Positions 48,722 to 58,368 of a DNA stretch of 64,000 nucleotides are shown here, one piece after another. The DNA is taken from NCBI GenBank assembly GCA_964503465.1, contig CAZCYZ010000001.1, positions 298,306 to 362,305 of the forward strand, read 5' to 3'. The notes below the pieces were generated by a model. It did not search any database. It was given only the letters and a program-made list of their open reading frames with translations, and was not told the origin of the DNA. The stretch is from an uncultured Gammaproteobacteria bacterium. GTDB taxonomy: Bacteria > Patescibacteriota > Microgenomatia > UBA12405. The position numbers and the translations under genes were made by a program. Each line of letters begins with the position of its first letter. The first letter of the stretch is position 1.

Positions 48722-50247
48722 TTTTAATACTCTTCTTAATTGCTCTTATTCCTCGAATTATCTCCATCAGTTTCCTTCCTCCAAGCCTCAATTGGGATGA
48801 AGTTTCGCATGGTTACAACGCTTATTCCCTACTTTCTACCGGCAAAGACGAGTGGGGACACTCTCTGCCTCTTATTTTTCAAGCCTATGGTGACTACAAA
48901 CTACCACTATATGTTTATCTCACCACCATTCCGGTTGCCATTTTCGGGCTTAATCCTTTGTCGGTTCGTTTAATTTCAATTTTGGCTGGTAGTCTTCTCC
49001 CAATTGTTATCTATTTTTTCCTCAAAAAGTTCATTTCTTCAACTTCAGCCTTTATTACCAGTCTTGTGATTGCACTCTCTCCCTGGTCAATTTTTCTTTC
49101 CCGAATCGCCGTCGAAGCCAACCTTTTTCTTTTCCTCTATATCACCTCGCTCTACTTCCTTTCTCGACACCGGTTCGCTTATAGTACTTTTTTTTACGCT
49201 CTATCACTTCTAACCTACAACAGCAGCCGGGTACTTATATTTCCATATTTTTTAGCCACTTTTTTCATTGCCCGCCAACAGCATTATTCATTTCTAAAAA
49301 ACTTACCAAAATTTATCTTTCCTGCACTAGTATTCGTCGTTGTTCTCATTCAGTCTTCTTCACCCGCAGGTCAAGCTCGCTATCAGTGGGTCTCTATTCT
49401 TGATTCCGGTGCCATCAACCATATTGAACAACTTCGTCAAAAATACCCCAGAATTCTAGTTAACAAAGTTACCTATTTTACCTATCAAACAACCAAGAAT
49501 TATCTGGCTCATTTTAACCCTGCCTACTTATTCTTAAATGGGGGATCACATTATCAATTCAACATCCCTCAGTTTTATCTTATCAGTCCTCTACTTATAC
49601 CATTCCTCTTGCTTGGTTTTTTGGCACTCAAAAAATACCCCTTAATACTCTTCTTTCTTCTTGTTTCACCACTCCCTTCTGCTATTACCCGCGACGCTCC
49701 ACAAATTCTTCGCAGTCTAGCCTTTTTACCCCTTATCTCAATGGTCATTGGGCTTGGAATTAATCACAGTCTCAAAAATAAACCTTTCTTTTTCCTGAGT
49801 TTATTTTTTCTCTTTTTAACATTAGTCATTTCTCAAGTCCAATTTTGGTCAAGTTACCAAGAATATCGATATCAATATTCTCAGTCTTGGCAGTACGGTC
49901 ATCAACAACTAGTCAATAGCGTTAAATCAAAATACTCACGGTACCAAAAAATAATCGTCACCAAAAGATATGGTGAACCACATGAGTTTTTTCTTTTCTT
50001 CTGGCCATGGCCTCCTCAAGATTACCAAAAAAACAAACTATGGGACTATCATGCCAACTGGTACTGGATTAATGGTTTTGATAAGTTCACCTTCGTCAAC
50101 GATTGGGACATCAAAGACCTTTCTATCGCACCATCTACTTTATTAGTCACCAGTCCAGGTAATTTCCCGTCGGGAAGCCACCGCCTCCTCGAGACTATTA
50201 ATTTCCTTGACGGCCAACCAGCTTTTGATCTTATTAGCTATGAATAA
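48718..50247 (+). CDS. GT-C ArnT/PMT-like membrane glycosyltransferase, tandem paralogue 3
   Basis: ATGA overlap. NWDEVSHGYNAYSLLSTGKDEWG...QAYGDYKLP. The C-terminus has YGEPHEFFLFFWPWPP. Confidence 0.65.
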   Translation: MILILFLIALIPRIISISFLPPSLNWDEVSHGYNAYSLLSTGKDEWGHSLPLIFQAYGDYKLPLYVYLTTIPVAIFGLNPLSVRLISILAGSLLPIVIYFFLKKFISSTSAFITSLVIALSPWSIFLSRIAVEANLFLFLYITSLYFLSRHRFAYSTFFYALSLLTYNSSRVLIFPYFLATFFIARQQHYSFLKNLPKFIFPALVFVVVLIQSSSPAGQARYQWVSILDSGAINHIEQLRQKYPRILVNKVTYFTYQTTKNYLAHFNPAYLFLNGGSHYQFNIPQFYLISPLLIPFLLLGFLALKKYPLILFFLLVSPLPSAITRDAPQILRSLAFLPLISMVIGLGINHSLKNKPFFFLSLFFLFLTLVISQVQFWSSYQEYRYQYSQSWQYGHQQLVNSVKSKYSRYQKIIVTKRYGEPHEFFLFFWPWPPQDYQKNKLWDYHANWYWINGFDKFTFVNDWDIKDLSIAPSTLLVTSPGNFPSGSHRLLETINFLDGQPAFDLISYE

Positions 50248-51820
50248 AGAAAAATTTATCCTAATCGGCATTCTTCTTGGCTCAGTTCTAATCAGAACCT
50301 ATCGGGTAGGGGACACCCCCCCACTTCTCTGGGACGAGGCCGCTCTTGGTTATAATGCCTATTCCATTCTTCAAACCGCCCATGACGAACATGGCCAGTT
50401 GTTACCCCTAATTTTTAAATCCTTCGGCGACTATAAACCAGGAATTTATATTTACTTAACTCTTCCTTGTATTGCTATTTTTGGACTCAACCCTTTTTCA
50501 GTTCGCTTGCCATCTATTTTGTCTGGTTCTCTTATCCCCCTACTTCTATATTTACTTATTCGACAATTACTTCCTCGGCAAAGAAATCTCGCCACACTTT
50601 CAGCTCTGATTATGGTTTTTAATCCATTCAACATTCATTTTTCTCGAGGAGCATGGGAAACTAATATCCTTACCTTTCAAATTTTATTGGCCAGTTTACT
50701 TTTTTTCCGTAAAAAATACCTTACTTCAGCCATTATTTTTGGTATTTCTCTCTACACTTATCAATCAGCTAAGCTTTTAAGCCCCCTTATAATCTTAGCT
50801 CTAATCATTTCCACTCAAAGTAATCTCAGATCTATCTTAAATAAATTTTTCTTACCCCTATTGACCATCTCTATTCCCTTGATTTACGGGATTGTTTTTG
50901 GTCAAGATTCAAACCGCCTCAAAGTTATGAGTCTTCTCTCCTATCCTCGATCGACCACCGAAACTCAAACCATCATTACAGAATCAAATATCACCAACTA
51001 TCAACTTTTTCATAACCAACTGATTTTCTTTAGTCGAAATTTCTTTTCCCGCTACTTTAATCATTTTTCTCCTCGCTTTCTTATTTTTGAAGGAGACTGG
51101 CAAAACCCTCGCCATTCCGCCCCATATGTCGGTCTTCTTCTTTATCCTTCAATCGTTTTTTTTCTCATCGGTTTGTTATCTTCAGATTATCGATTACCAG
51201 CTACCAAGCTCTTACTTCTCTGGTTAATTTTAGCCCCTATCCCCTCAGCTCTTACCCGCGATTCCGTCTCCGCCGTCAGAGCCTTACCGCTTTCAATCCC
51301 CTCAGTCTATTTTATTGCCACCGGCATTAATATTTTTCTTTACCGATATAAGTCCATCACTATCTACTGTTTGTTGTTTACTGTCTACATACTTTCATTT
51401 ACCTATTATTCCGATCTCTATCTAAACCACATGGTTAAAAGATCACCCAAAGACTTTTTATACGGTTATAGCCAAGCTATAAACTATGTCATCCAAAATC
51501 AATCCAAATATCAACAGGTTATTTTTACTCAATTTTATGGCCAACCATATATCTATTACCTTTTTTACAGTCACTATTCACCATCCTCCTATCAACAACA
51601 AAATAGTTACAATCAAAACGGCCTTGATACGGGAGTTGTGTCCCAAATTGGTAATGTTTATTTTAAAGAACCCCAATTTAACCAAGTCGAACTTCAGCCA
51701 GGAACACTAGCCATTTTTTCCCACGACGAAGTTCTTCGTCAAAACATTGATCCCCAAACTCTTATCTCCCTAAGTCCTATTGGTGGTTATTCAACTTTCT
51801 ATGCCTATGAAAACCCCTAA
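50240..51820 (+). CDS. GT-C ArnT/PMT-like membrane glycosyltransferase, tandem paralogue 4
   Basis: The start was set at the ATG at 50240. LWDEAALGYNAYSILQTAHDEHG...KSFGDYKP. The C-terminus has YGQPYIYYLFYSHYSP. Confidence 0.65.
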   Translation: MNKEKFILIGILLGSVLIRTYRVGDTPPLLWDEAALGYNAYSILQTAHDEHGQLLPLIFKSFGDYKPGIYIYLTLPCIAIFGLNPFSVRLPSILSGSLIPLLLYLLIRQLLPRQRNLATLSALIMVFNPFNIHFSRGAWETNILTFQILLASLLFFRKKYLTSAIIFGISLYTYQSAKLLSPLIILALIISTQSNLRSILNKFFLPLLTISIPLIYGIVFGQDSNRLKVMSLLSYPRSTTETQTIITESNITNYQLFHNQLIFFSRNFFSRYFNHFSPRFLIFEGDWQNPRHSAPYVGLLLYPSIVFFLIGLLSSDYRLPATKLLLLWLILAPIPSALTRDSVSAVRALPLSIPSVYFIATGINIFLYRYKSITIYCLLFTVYILSFTYYSDLYLNHMVKRSPKDFLYGYSQAINYVIQNQSKYQQVIFTQFYGQPYIYYLFYSHYSPSSYQQQNSYNQNGLDTGVVSQIGNVYFKEPQFNQVELQPGTLAIFSHDEVLRQNIDPQTLISLSPIGGYSTFYAYENP

Positions 51821-53396
51821 GATATTCCTTACCATTATTTTTTGCCTTGCTACTTTTTTGAGACTGTATCATCTTGGTTTCTATCCTACTCTCAATCCTG
51901 ACGAGGCCGCCCTAGGTTACAATGCTTTTTCGCTTCTTCAAACAGGCAAAGATGAGCATGGTGTTTCCTGGCCACTTCATCTTAAATCATTTGGTGACAA
52001 CAAACCGGCCGGCTACACCTATCTTCTTCTTCCGTTTATCAAAATTATTGGCCTTACCCCATTGGCTGTTCGACTCCCCAATGCCATTTTTTCAATTTTG
52101 GCCATCTATATTCTATATAAACTTATTTTGCTTTTAACCTCAAATCAAAATCTTTCCCTTTTAACCTCATTTATTCTAGCTATCAATCCATGGCATATTC
52201 ACTTCTCTCGAGGAGCTTGGGAGTCATCGACTGCCCTGACCCTTGTCCTTCTGGGAATCTATTTTTTCTATCTTCATCTCAAAAATTTCAAACTACTCTA
52301 CCTTTCGATACTATTTTTTGTTCTCTCGCTCTACTTCTATCATTCTGCTCGTATTATTGCTCCACTTCTGCTTCTATCTCTATGTTTTGTCCATAAATCA
52401 TACTTCATAAATCACATTTCAAAGATATTTCTTCCTTTTGTTTTTGGCGCTATTCTGGTTCTTCCTGTCCTATTCTCTTTTCTCAAAAACGGTGGTGCCA
52501 CCCGTTTTAGCGGCGTTGGCCTAACGGCCGATTATGGCCCTATCTCGCGGGCGGAAGAACTTCTAAACCACCACATGAATATCAAGCTCGTCAATCGCAT
52601 TATTCACAACAAAAGAACCCTATATTTTATCTCCTGGGGGCAAAAGTATTTTTCTCATTTTGATATCAATTTTCTCTTTGTTAATGGTGATGAAGTTCCT
52701 CGCTCCAAAGTTCCCGAAATGGGCCAATTCTACCTTCTTGAATTTCCATTTTTACTTCTCGGAGTTTTTTTCTTGTTTAATTCTCCCCAATTTAAAACTT
52801 TAAAATTTCTCACCCTAAATTTGCTCGTTGTCTCCCCCCTAGCATCATCATTGACCTTCCAGGCCCCTTCCGCTCTTCGATCTCTACCTCTAAGTATCCC
52901 CCTAACTGTTCTCATTTCTCTTGGCTTATATCAAGCCATCAACCGATTTCCTAAAGTTAGTTACAGCTTATTATTCATAGGCTATCTTCTTTCAATTACC
53001 TATTATCTTGATTCCTACTACGTTCATTACCAAAAACGTTATCCCTTTGCCTGGAATTACGGCTTTGATCAAGTTACTTCCTATCTTCAATCCCAAAAAA
53101 ACAATTACCAAAACATTTATCTTACTAATAAATATGACCAGCCATATATTCTTTATCTCTTTTTCTCCCAATATCCGCCCCAACAACTTCATTCTCAAAT
53201 TAAGTTGACTCCACCCGACCAATTTGGTTTCTCCACTGTTCATCAAATCGATAATCTTCATTTTGAAAAAATAGACTGGAACAACATCCCCTCAGACTCC
53301 CTAGTTATCACGGCTGATGAACCCATCCCAATAGACCCCATCAAAATCATTAACTTTCCCAATTACGCCCCAGGATTTAAAATATATATCAAATGA
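51807..53396 (+). CDS. GT-C ArnT/PMT-like membrane glycosyltransferase, tandem paralogue 5
   Basis: The start was set at the ATG at 51807. LNPDEAALGYNAFSLLQTGKDEHG...KSFGDNKP. The C-terminus has YDQPYILYLFFSQYPP. Confidence 0.65.
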   Translation: MKTPKIFLTIIFCLATFLRLYHLGFYPTLNPDEAALGYNAFSLLQTGKDEHGVSWPLHLKSFGDNKPAGYTYLLLPFIKIIGLTPLAVRLPNAIFSILAIYILYKLILLLTSNQNLSLLTSFILAINPWHIHFSRGAWESSTALTLVLLGIYFFYLHLKNFKLLYLSILFFVLSLYFYHSARIIAPLLLLSLCFVHKSYFINHISKIFLPFVFGAILVLPVLFSFLKNGGATRFSGVGLTADYGPISRAEELLNHHMNIKLVNRIIHNKRTLYFISWGQKYFSHFDINFLFVNGDEVPRSKVPEMGQFYLLEFPFLLLGVFFLFNSPQFKTLKFLTLNLLVVSPLASSLTFQAPSALRSLPLSIPLTVLISLGLYQAINRFPKVSYSLLFIGYLLSITYYLDSYYVHYQKRYPFAWNYGFDQVTSYLQSQKNNYQNIYLTNKYDQPYILYLFFSQYPPQQLHSQIKLTPPDQFGFSTVHQIDNLHFEKIDWNNIPSDSLVITADEPIPIDPIKIINFPNYAPGFKIYIK

Positions 53397-54145
53397 CCAT
53401 TTCTGTTGCCATCGCCACTTACAACGAAGAGGCCAATATCCAACGCTGTTTAAAAGCAGTTTCCGACTGGGTCAACGATATCGTCATTTATGATGGTCAA
53501 TCTTCCGATAATACGGTTAAAGTTGCTAGAACTTTCAAGAAAGTCCAAATCATATCTGGCCCTAATCATCAAATTTTTCATATCAACAAACAAGCTGCCA
53601 TTGACGCCTGTAAAAGTGATTGGATTCTTCAGCTTGATGCCGACGAAGTTGTTACCCCACAATTGGCCACCGAAATCCAACAAATTATTCAAAATACCCC
53701 CCACAATGGTTTTTGGCTTAAACGCAAAAACTATTTTCTTGGAACCTTTCTTACTAAAGGGGGCACATACCCTGACTCCACTCTCAGGCTTTACCGACGA
53801 GGAAAAGGGGCACTACCCTGTCACGATGTCCACGAACAGGCTATTGTCGACGGTTCCACCTCCAGCCTCCAAAATGATCTTTTACATTATGATTCTCCCA
53901 CCTTTAGTCGCTTTATCTTTAGAAACGATCATTATAGTAGCATTCTTGCCACCCAAATTACTAATCCAAATTTTGTCAGTTATTTCTTTTTAAAACCATG
54001 CCTCACTTTTTTTTCCATTTTTCTCCGGCACCGAGGTTATATTGATGGTTTCCCTGGTTTTGTCTTTGCTTTTTATTCTGCTTTGCGATTTCCTTCGGCC
54101 TATGTTAAATACTGGGAAAACCATTATGCCAAAAATCGCCATTGA
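53393..54145 (+). CDS. GT2 glycosyltransferase
   Basis: ISVAIATYNEEANIQRCLKAV...VIYDGQSSDNT and QLDADE. Confidence 0.7.
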   Translation: MTISVAIATYNEEANIQRCLKAVSDWVNDIVIYDGQSSDNTVKVARTFKKVQIISGPNHQIFHINKQAAIDACKSDWILQLDADEVVTPQLATEIQQIIQNTPHNGFWLKRKNYFLGTFLTKGGTYPDSTLRLYRRGKGALPCHDVHEQAIVDGSTSSLQNDLLHYDSPTFSRFIFRNDHYSSILATQITNPNFVSYFFLKPCLTFFSIFLRHRGYIDGFPGFVFAFYSALRFPSAYVKYWENHYAKNRH

Positions 54146-55184
54146 CATATCGCCAACTATCGATGGTAACGCAGTTCGTGGTATTGGCTACTACACCAAG
54201 AATTTAGTCTCTGCAATTCAATCCGAGGTCAAAACCAACCCACACTACCACAATTGGCAAATCAATCTAATCACCAGTCCACAATCGTTAACCTCTAATT
54301 ATCAACTTATCCACTACCCATACTTCGATCCTTTCAAGCTTACTCTGCCCCACCGACAATCAGTTCCCACCATCGTCACTGTTCCCGATTTGATACCCAT
54401 CCAATTTGCCAAACATTTTCCGGTTGGTGTTAAGGGTCAAATCAAATGGTTAATTCAAAAAAACCAACTCAAAAAAACGACCTATATCATCACCATTTCT
54501 CACTATGTCAAACATGTCATCAGGAATATCATTGGTTACCCCAAGGATCGTATTTTTGTTACCTGGCTAGACGCGTCTTTAATGTCTCAGCCAGTTAAAA
54601 ACAACTTTAAAACCATGGTCCAAAAATATAATTTACCGCCTAAATTCATCCTCTATGTCGGTGACGTTAATTGGAACAAAAATATTCCCAATCTAGTTCG
54701 CGCCTGTTTATCTCTAGGCTATCATTTGGTTATCGCTGGTGCTTCAGCCACTAAATCCGTCCCAGACCATCCTTGGACCCAAGATATCATTTGGTTGCAG
54801 CAACAAAAATCTCCTTTCCTCCACCTTCTAGGATTTGTTCCAGATGAAGACAAACCTTATCTCTTCAAATTAGCCACCATTTACTGTCAACCGTCTTTTT
54901 CCGAAGGCTTTGGTATTCCCCCTGTCGAAGCCATGAAGTCTGGTTGTCCAGTTGCTTATAGTCAAGAAAGCAGTCTCCCAGAAGTCATGGATTTTTGCGG
55001 TGAGTTCTTTGATCCCTACTCTGTTGATTCAATTAAATCTAGTCTCCAAAAACTTTGGACCAACCAAAAGCTTCGTCAAAAATATATCCGGCTCGGTCTT
55101 GCCAGAGGTAAAGTTTTTGATTGGAAATATACCGCCCTTCAAACACTCGCCATCTATCAGCTAGCCTTATTAAATGAAAGATAA
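54126..55184 (+). CDS. GT4 (GT-B) glycosyltransferase
   Basis: The start was set at the ATG at 54126. C-terminal FSEGFGIPPVEAMKSGCPV. Confidence 0.65.
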   Translation: MPKIAIDISPTIDGNAVRGIGYYTKNLVSAIQSEVKTNPHYHNWQINLITSPQSLTSNYQLIHYPYFDPFKLTLPHRQSVPTIVTVPDLIPIQFAKHFPVGVKGQIKWLIQKNQLKKTTYIITISHYVKHVIRNIIGYPKDRIFVTWLDASLMSQPVKNNFKTMVQKYNLPPKFILYVGDVNWNKNIPNLVRACLSLGYHLVIAGASATKSVPDHPWTQDIIWLQQQKSPFLHLLGFVPDEDKPYLFKLATIYCQPSFSEGFGIPPVEAMKSGCPVAYSQESSLPEVMDFCGEFFDPYSVDSIKSSLQKLWTNQKLRQKYIRLGLARGKVFDWKYTALQTLAIYQLALLNER

Positions 55185-55977
55185 AAAACACTTTATCTCT
55201 GTTATTGTACCCATATATCAACAGGCCCGAACTATCCGTCAGGACCTTTATTCCATCTATGACACCCTCGAACAAATTCGATACGATTACGAAATTATTG
55301 CCATTGTTGACGGAACAAGCATCGATAATTCATACCAGGAAGCCAAGAAACTCAAACTCAAAAGACTAAAGGTTATCGGATATCCTCAAAATAAAGGTAA
55401 AGGTTATGCAGTCAGGTTTGGCATGGCACACACCACAGGCGATTACATTGCCTTTATTGATTCTGGAATGGATATTGATCCTAATGGTATTTCCATGATT
55501 CTAGAACACATGGAGTGGTATCAGGCCGATATTGTTGTTGGCTCAAAACGTCACCCGGCCTCACAAATCAACTACCCACTTCATCGTCGTATTATCAGTT
55601 TTGGTGCCCAATTAATTGCCAAATACCTACTTAACATTAATGTCACCGATACTCAGGTGGGGTTAAAGATTTTCCGCCGTCCAGTACTCGAAAAAGTTCT
55701 CCCTCGTCTTCTAGTCAAAACATTCGCTTTCGACCTCGAAATATTGTCTGTTGCTAACCGTTTAGGTTTTAGCAAAATTTACGAAGCCCCCATCAAAATA
55801 AATTTTGATTTCTCGGGATCTCATCTTCAGGGTAAATTCTTTCAAACCCTTCTTCTTTGCCTCAAAGATTCTTTGGCAGTTTTTTATCGCCTCCGGCTAC
55901 TTCGATACTACGATGATACCAGCAGAAGAAGGTGGAAATTTGATCCTCAACTTAAAATGCGTGTTAACATCGGTTAA
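55174..55977 (+). CDS. GT2 glycosyltransferase (DPM1/GtrB-like)
   Basis: ISVIVPIYQQARTIRQDL...IIAIVDGTSIDNS and FIDSGMDIDP. Confidence 0.7.
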   Translation: MKDKKHFISVIVPIYQQARTIRQDLYSIYDTLEQIRYDYEIIAIVDGTSIDNSYQEAKKLKLKRLKVIGYPQNKGKGYAVRFGMAHTTGDYIAFIDSGMDIDPNGISMILEHMEWYQADIVVGSKRHPASQINYPLHRRIISFGAQLIAKYLLNINVTDTQVGLKIFRRPVLEKVLPRLLVKTFAFDLEILSVANRLGFSKIYEAPIKINFDFSGSHLQGKFFQTLLLCLKDSLAVFYRLRLLRYYDDTSRRRWKFDPQLKMRVNIG

Positions 55978-56939
55978 TGTCACCACTACTTTTTTCAATT
56001 ATTATTCCCGTTAGGCTGAAAACTAATTATCTTCGCCAAACTCTCAAAAAACTCCAACAACAAACTTGCAAATCGTTTGAGGTCCTGGTCATAACCGACA
56101 AGTTGTCCGGCTCAGCCAACCCAGCTCAAAAACGTAATCTTGGTGCAAAAATGTCCCAAGGCAAATATCTTGCCTTCATAGATGACGACTCCTATCCTTC
56201 AAAAACCTGGCTGGAAAGTATCAATAAATTGTTTTCCCCTGGAATTGCCGCTGTTTGTGGTCCATGTCTTACCCCGGCCAGCGATAACATTTATCAAAAA
56301 GCTTCAGGGTTAGTTTGGAGCAGTTTATTGGGAAGTGGCGGTGCTGGCCTATATCGTAACAGTGTTCAAAAACCAATGTTCGTCGACGATTACCCGTCTG
56401 TTAATCTTATAGTCCGCAAAAATGACTTTACCGCCGTTAAGGGCTTTGATACCCACCACTGGCCCGGCGAAGATACAATCTTGTGCCTTAACTTAACTAA
56501 AAAACTTCACCAAAAGATTCTCTATCACCCATCAGTCATTGTCTATCATCATCGTCGTCCAGTTTTGATTCCCCATCTTCAGCAAATATCTCGCTATGCC
56601 CTACATCGCGGACACTTTGCCCGCGTATTTCCTGAAACCAGTTTTAAAATTGGTTATCTGATGCCCAGTTTGTCCGTAATATACTTCATCGTTTTTCCAA
56701 TTTTATTACCAGTTCTTCGACTCTATTACTTTATTCCTTTTATTGTCTATTTATTGCTTATTTTCTTTACTTTTATTTCTTTTCTTAAGAAAAACAATTT
56801 TTTGACTAGTATTTTGGCTACCATCACCATCCCCTTGACTCATCTTTATTACGGTATACTCTTTCCTATTGGCTTTTTCAAAAAAAACCTATCTTTCAAA
56901 GCCCACTCCACTAACAAACATGGCTACATCGGCGGTTAA
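55977..56939 (+). CDS. GT2 glycosyltransferase with C-terminal TM helices
   Basis: FSIIIPVRLKTNYLRQTLKKL...VLVITD and FIDDDS. The C-terminal hydrophobic segment has 2-3 TM helices. Confidence 0.6.
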   Translation: MSPLLFSIIIPVRLKTNYLRQTLKKLQQQTCKSFEVLVITDKLSGSANPAQKRNLGAKMSQGKYLAFIDDDSYPSKTWLESINKLFSPGIAAVCGPCLTPASDNIYQKASGLVWSSLLGSGGAGLYRNSVQKPMFVDDYPSVNLIVRKNDFTAVKGFDTHHWPGEDTILCLNLTKKLHQKILYHPSVIVYHHRRPVLIPHLQQISRYALHRGHFARVFPETSFKIGYLMPSLSVIYFIVFPILLPVLRLYYFIPFIVYLLLIFFTFISFLKKNNFLTSILATITIPLTHLYYGILFPIGFFKKNLSFKAHSTNKHGYIGG

Positions 56940-58368
56940 CTTTTTAATATCTATTTCGTACCCACCCCTATCATCACCCAAAGGTGTTCCCTTCCTTTCA
57001 CAAAACCGCCAATTTCAGTGGACCAATACAGACAATGTTATTTATCCCGTTGTTCCCGCCTACGCTGCCACCCTTCTTGTCAAAAATGGCTACCATGTTT
57101 TTTGGGATGATGCCATTGCTCAAAAACTTACCAAACAACAGTGGTTGGCTCGAATCATTAAACAACGCCCAAACCTCATTGCTATTGAAACCAAAACCCC
57201 AGTTATCAAAACACATTGGCGAATTATCAACACCCTTAAACAGAAGCTGCCTAAAACAATTATTGTTTTAATGGGTGACCATGTTACCGCTCTCCCCCAG
57301 GAATCTTTCCAGCATTCTAAGGTTGACTATGTTCTCACCGGTGGAGACTATGATTTCATGCTCCTTAACCTTGCTAATCACCTTACTAAAAAAACAAGTT
57401 TGGAACCAGGATTTTACATGTCAAGTTCCAACACGGGTCAATTCAAGCCTCACCATCATCTTGGTCAACTTCCAGTCCTTGACCGCCAGCTCACCCAATG
57501 GCAACTGTATTCTCGCCATAATACCAACTATAAGTACAAACCCGGTGCTTATATTATGTCAGCTCGTGATTGTTGGTGGGGCAAGTGCACCTTTTGTTCC
57601 TGGACTACTCTCTATCCTTCCTATCGCACTCTTTCTGTTAAACAAACTATCAATGAAATCAAAAACTTGGTTAAATTGGGTACTCGGGAAATATTTGACG
57701 ATGCTGGTACTATTCCAGTTGGCCCATGGCTTGGTGATCTTTGCCACCAGCTAGTTGATCAAGGACTAAATCAGAAGGTCACAATTAGTTGTAATATGCG
57801 TTTCGGTGCTCTCAATCAACAGCAATATCAATTAATGGGTCAGGCGGGTTTTCGTTTCCTTCTCTATGGACTCGAGTCAGCCAACCAAATGACCATTGAT
57901 CGGCTCAAGAAAAACATCAAAATTGACTGGATCAAAAGAGACCTAAAATGGGCAAAACAAGCTGGTCTCGAACCACACGTTACTATCATGATCGGTTACC
58001 CTTGGGAAGATTTATCTCAAGCCAAAAACACCCTATCTTTATCAAAGGAACTTTTTCGTCTTGGCCTAGTTGATAGCATGCAAGCCACCATTGTCATCCC
58101 TTATCCTGGTACCCCGCTTTTTGACTATTGTCAAAAAAACCAATTGCTTCTATCAACCAACTGGAATGACTACGATATGCGTCAACCAATAATGAAATCA
58201 CCTTTAACTCACCATCAGCTCCAAACATTAATTGATTCTCTTTTTAAATCAGCCTGGGAACCGAAGTTCCTTATTCGCAAAGTACTCTCTATTAGGTCAA
58301 TCGACGATATCAACCATCTAGTCAACTATGCCATTAAATTCTTACAAAAACTCCGTGACTTTAGTTAG
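56920..58368 (+). CDS. B12-binding-domain radical SAM protein (variant CX4CX2C cluster motif)
   Basis: The start was set at the ATG at 56920. N-terminal Rossmann-like B12-binding-type region (VPAYAATLLVKNGYHVFWDD). Then MSARDCWWGKCTFCSW, then a TIM-barrel-like region. Confidence 0.5.
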   Translation: MATSAVNFLISISYPPLSSPKGVPFLSQNRQFQWTNTDNVIYPVVPAYAATLLVKNGYHVFWDDAIAQKLTKQQWLARIIKQRPNLIAIETKTPVIKTHWRIINTLKQKLPKTIIVLMGDHVTALPQESFQHSKVDYVLTGGDYDFMLLNLANHLTKKTSLEPGFYMSSSNTGQFKPHHHLGQLPVLDRQLTQWQLYSRHNTNYKYKPGAYIMSARDCWWGKCTFCSWTTLYPSYRTLSVKQTINEIKNLVKLGTREIFDDAGTIPVGPWLGDLCHQLVDQGLNQKVTISCNMRFGALNQQQYQLMGQAGFRFLLYGLESANQMTIDRLKKNIKIDWIKRDLKWAKQAGLEPHVTIMIGYPWEDLSQAKNTLSLSKELFRLGLVDSMQATIVIPYPGTPLFDYCQKNQLLLSTNWNDYDMRQPIMKSPLTHHQLQTLIDSLFKSAWEPKFLIRKVLSIRSIDDINHLVNYAIKFLQKLRDFS

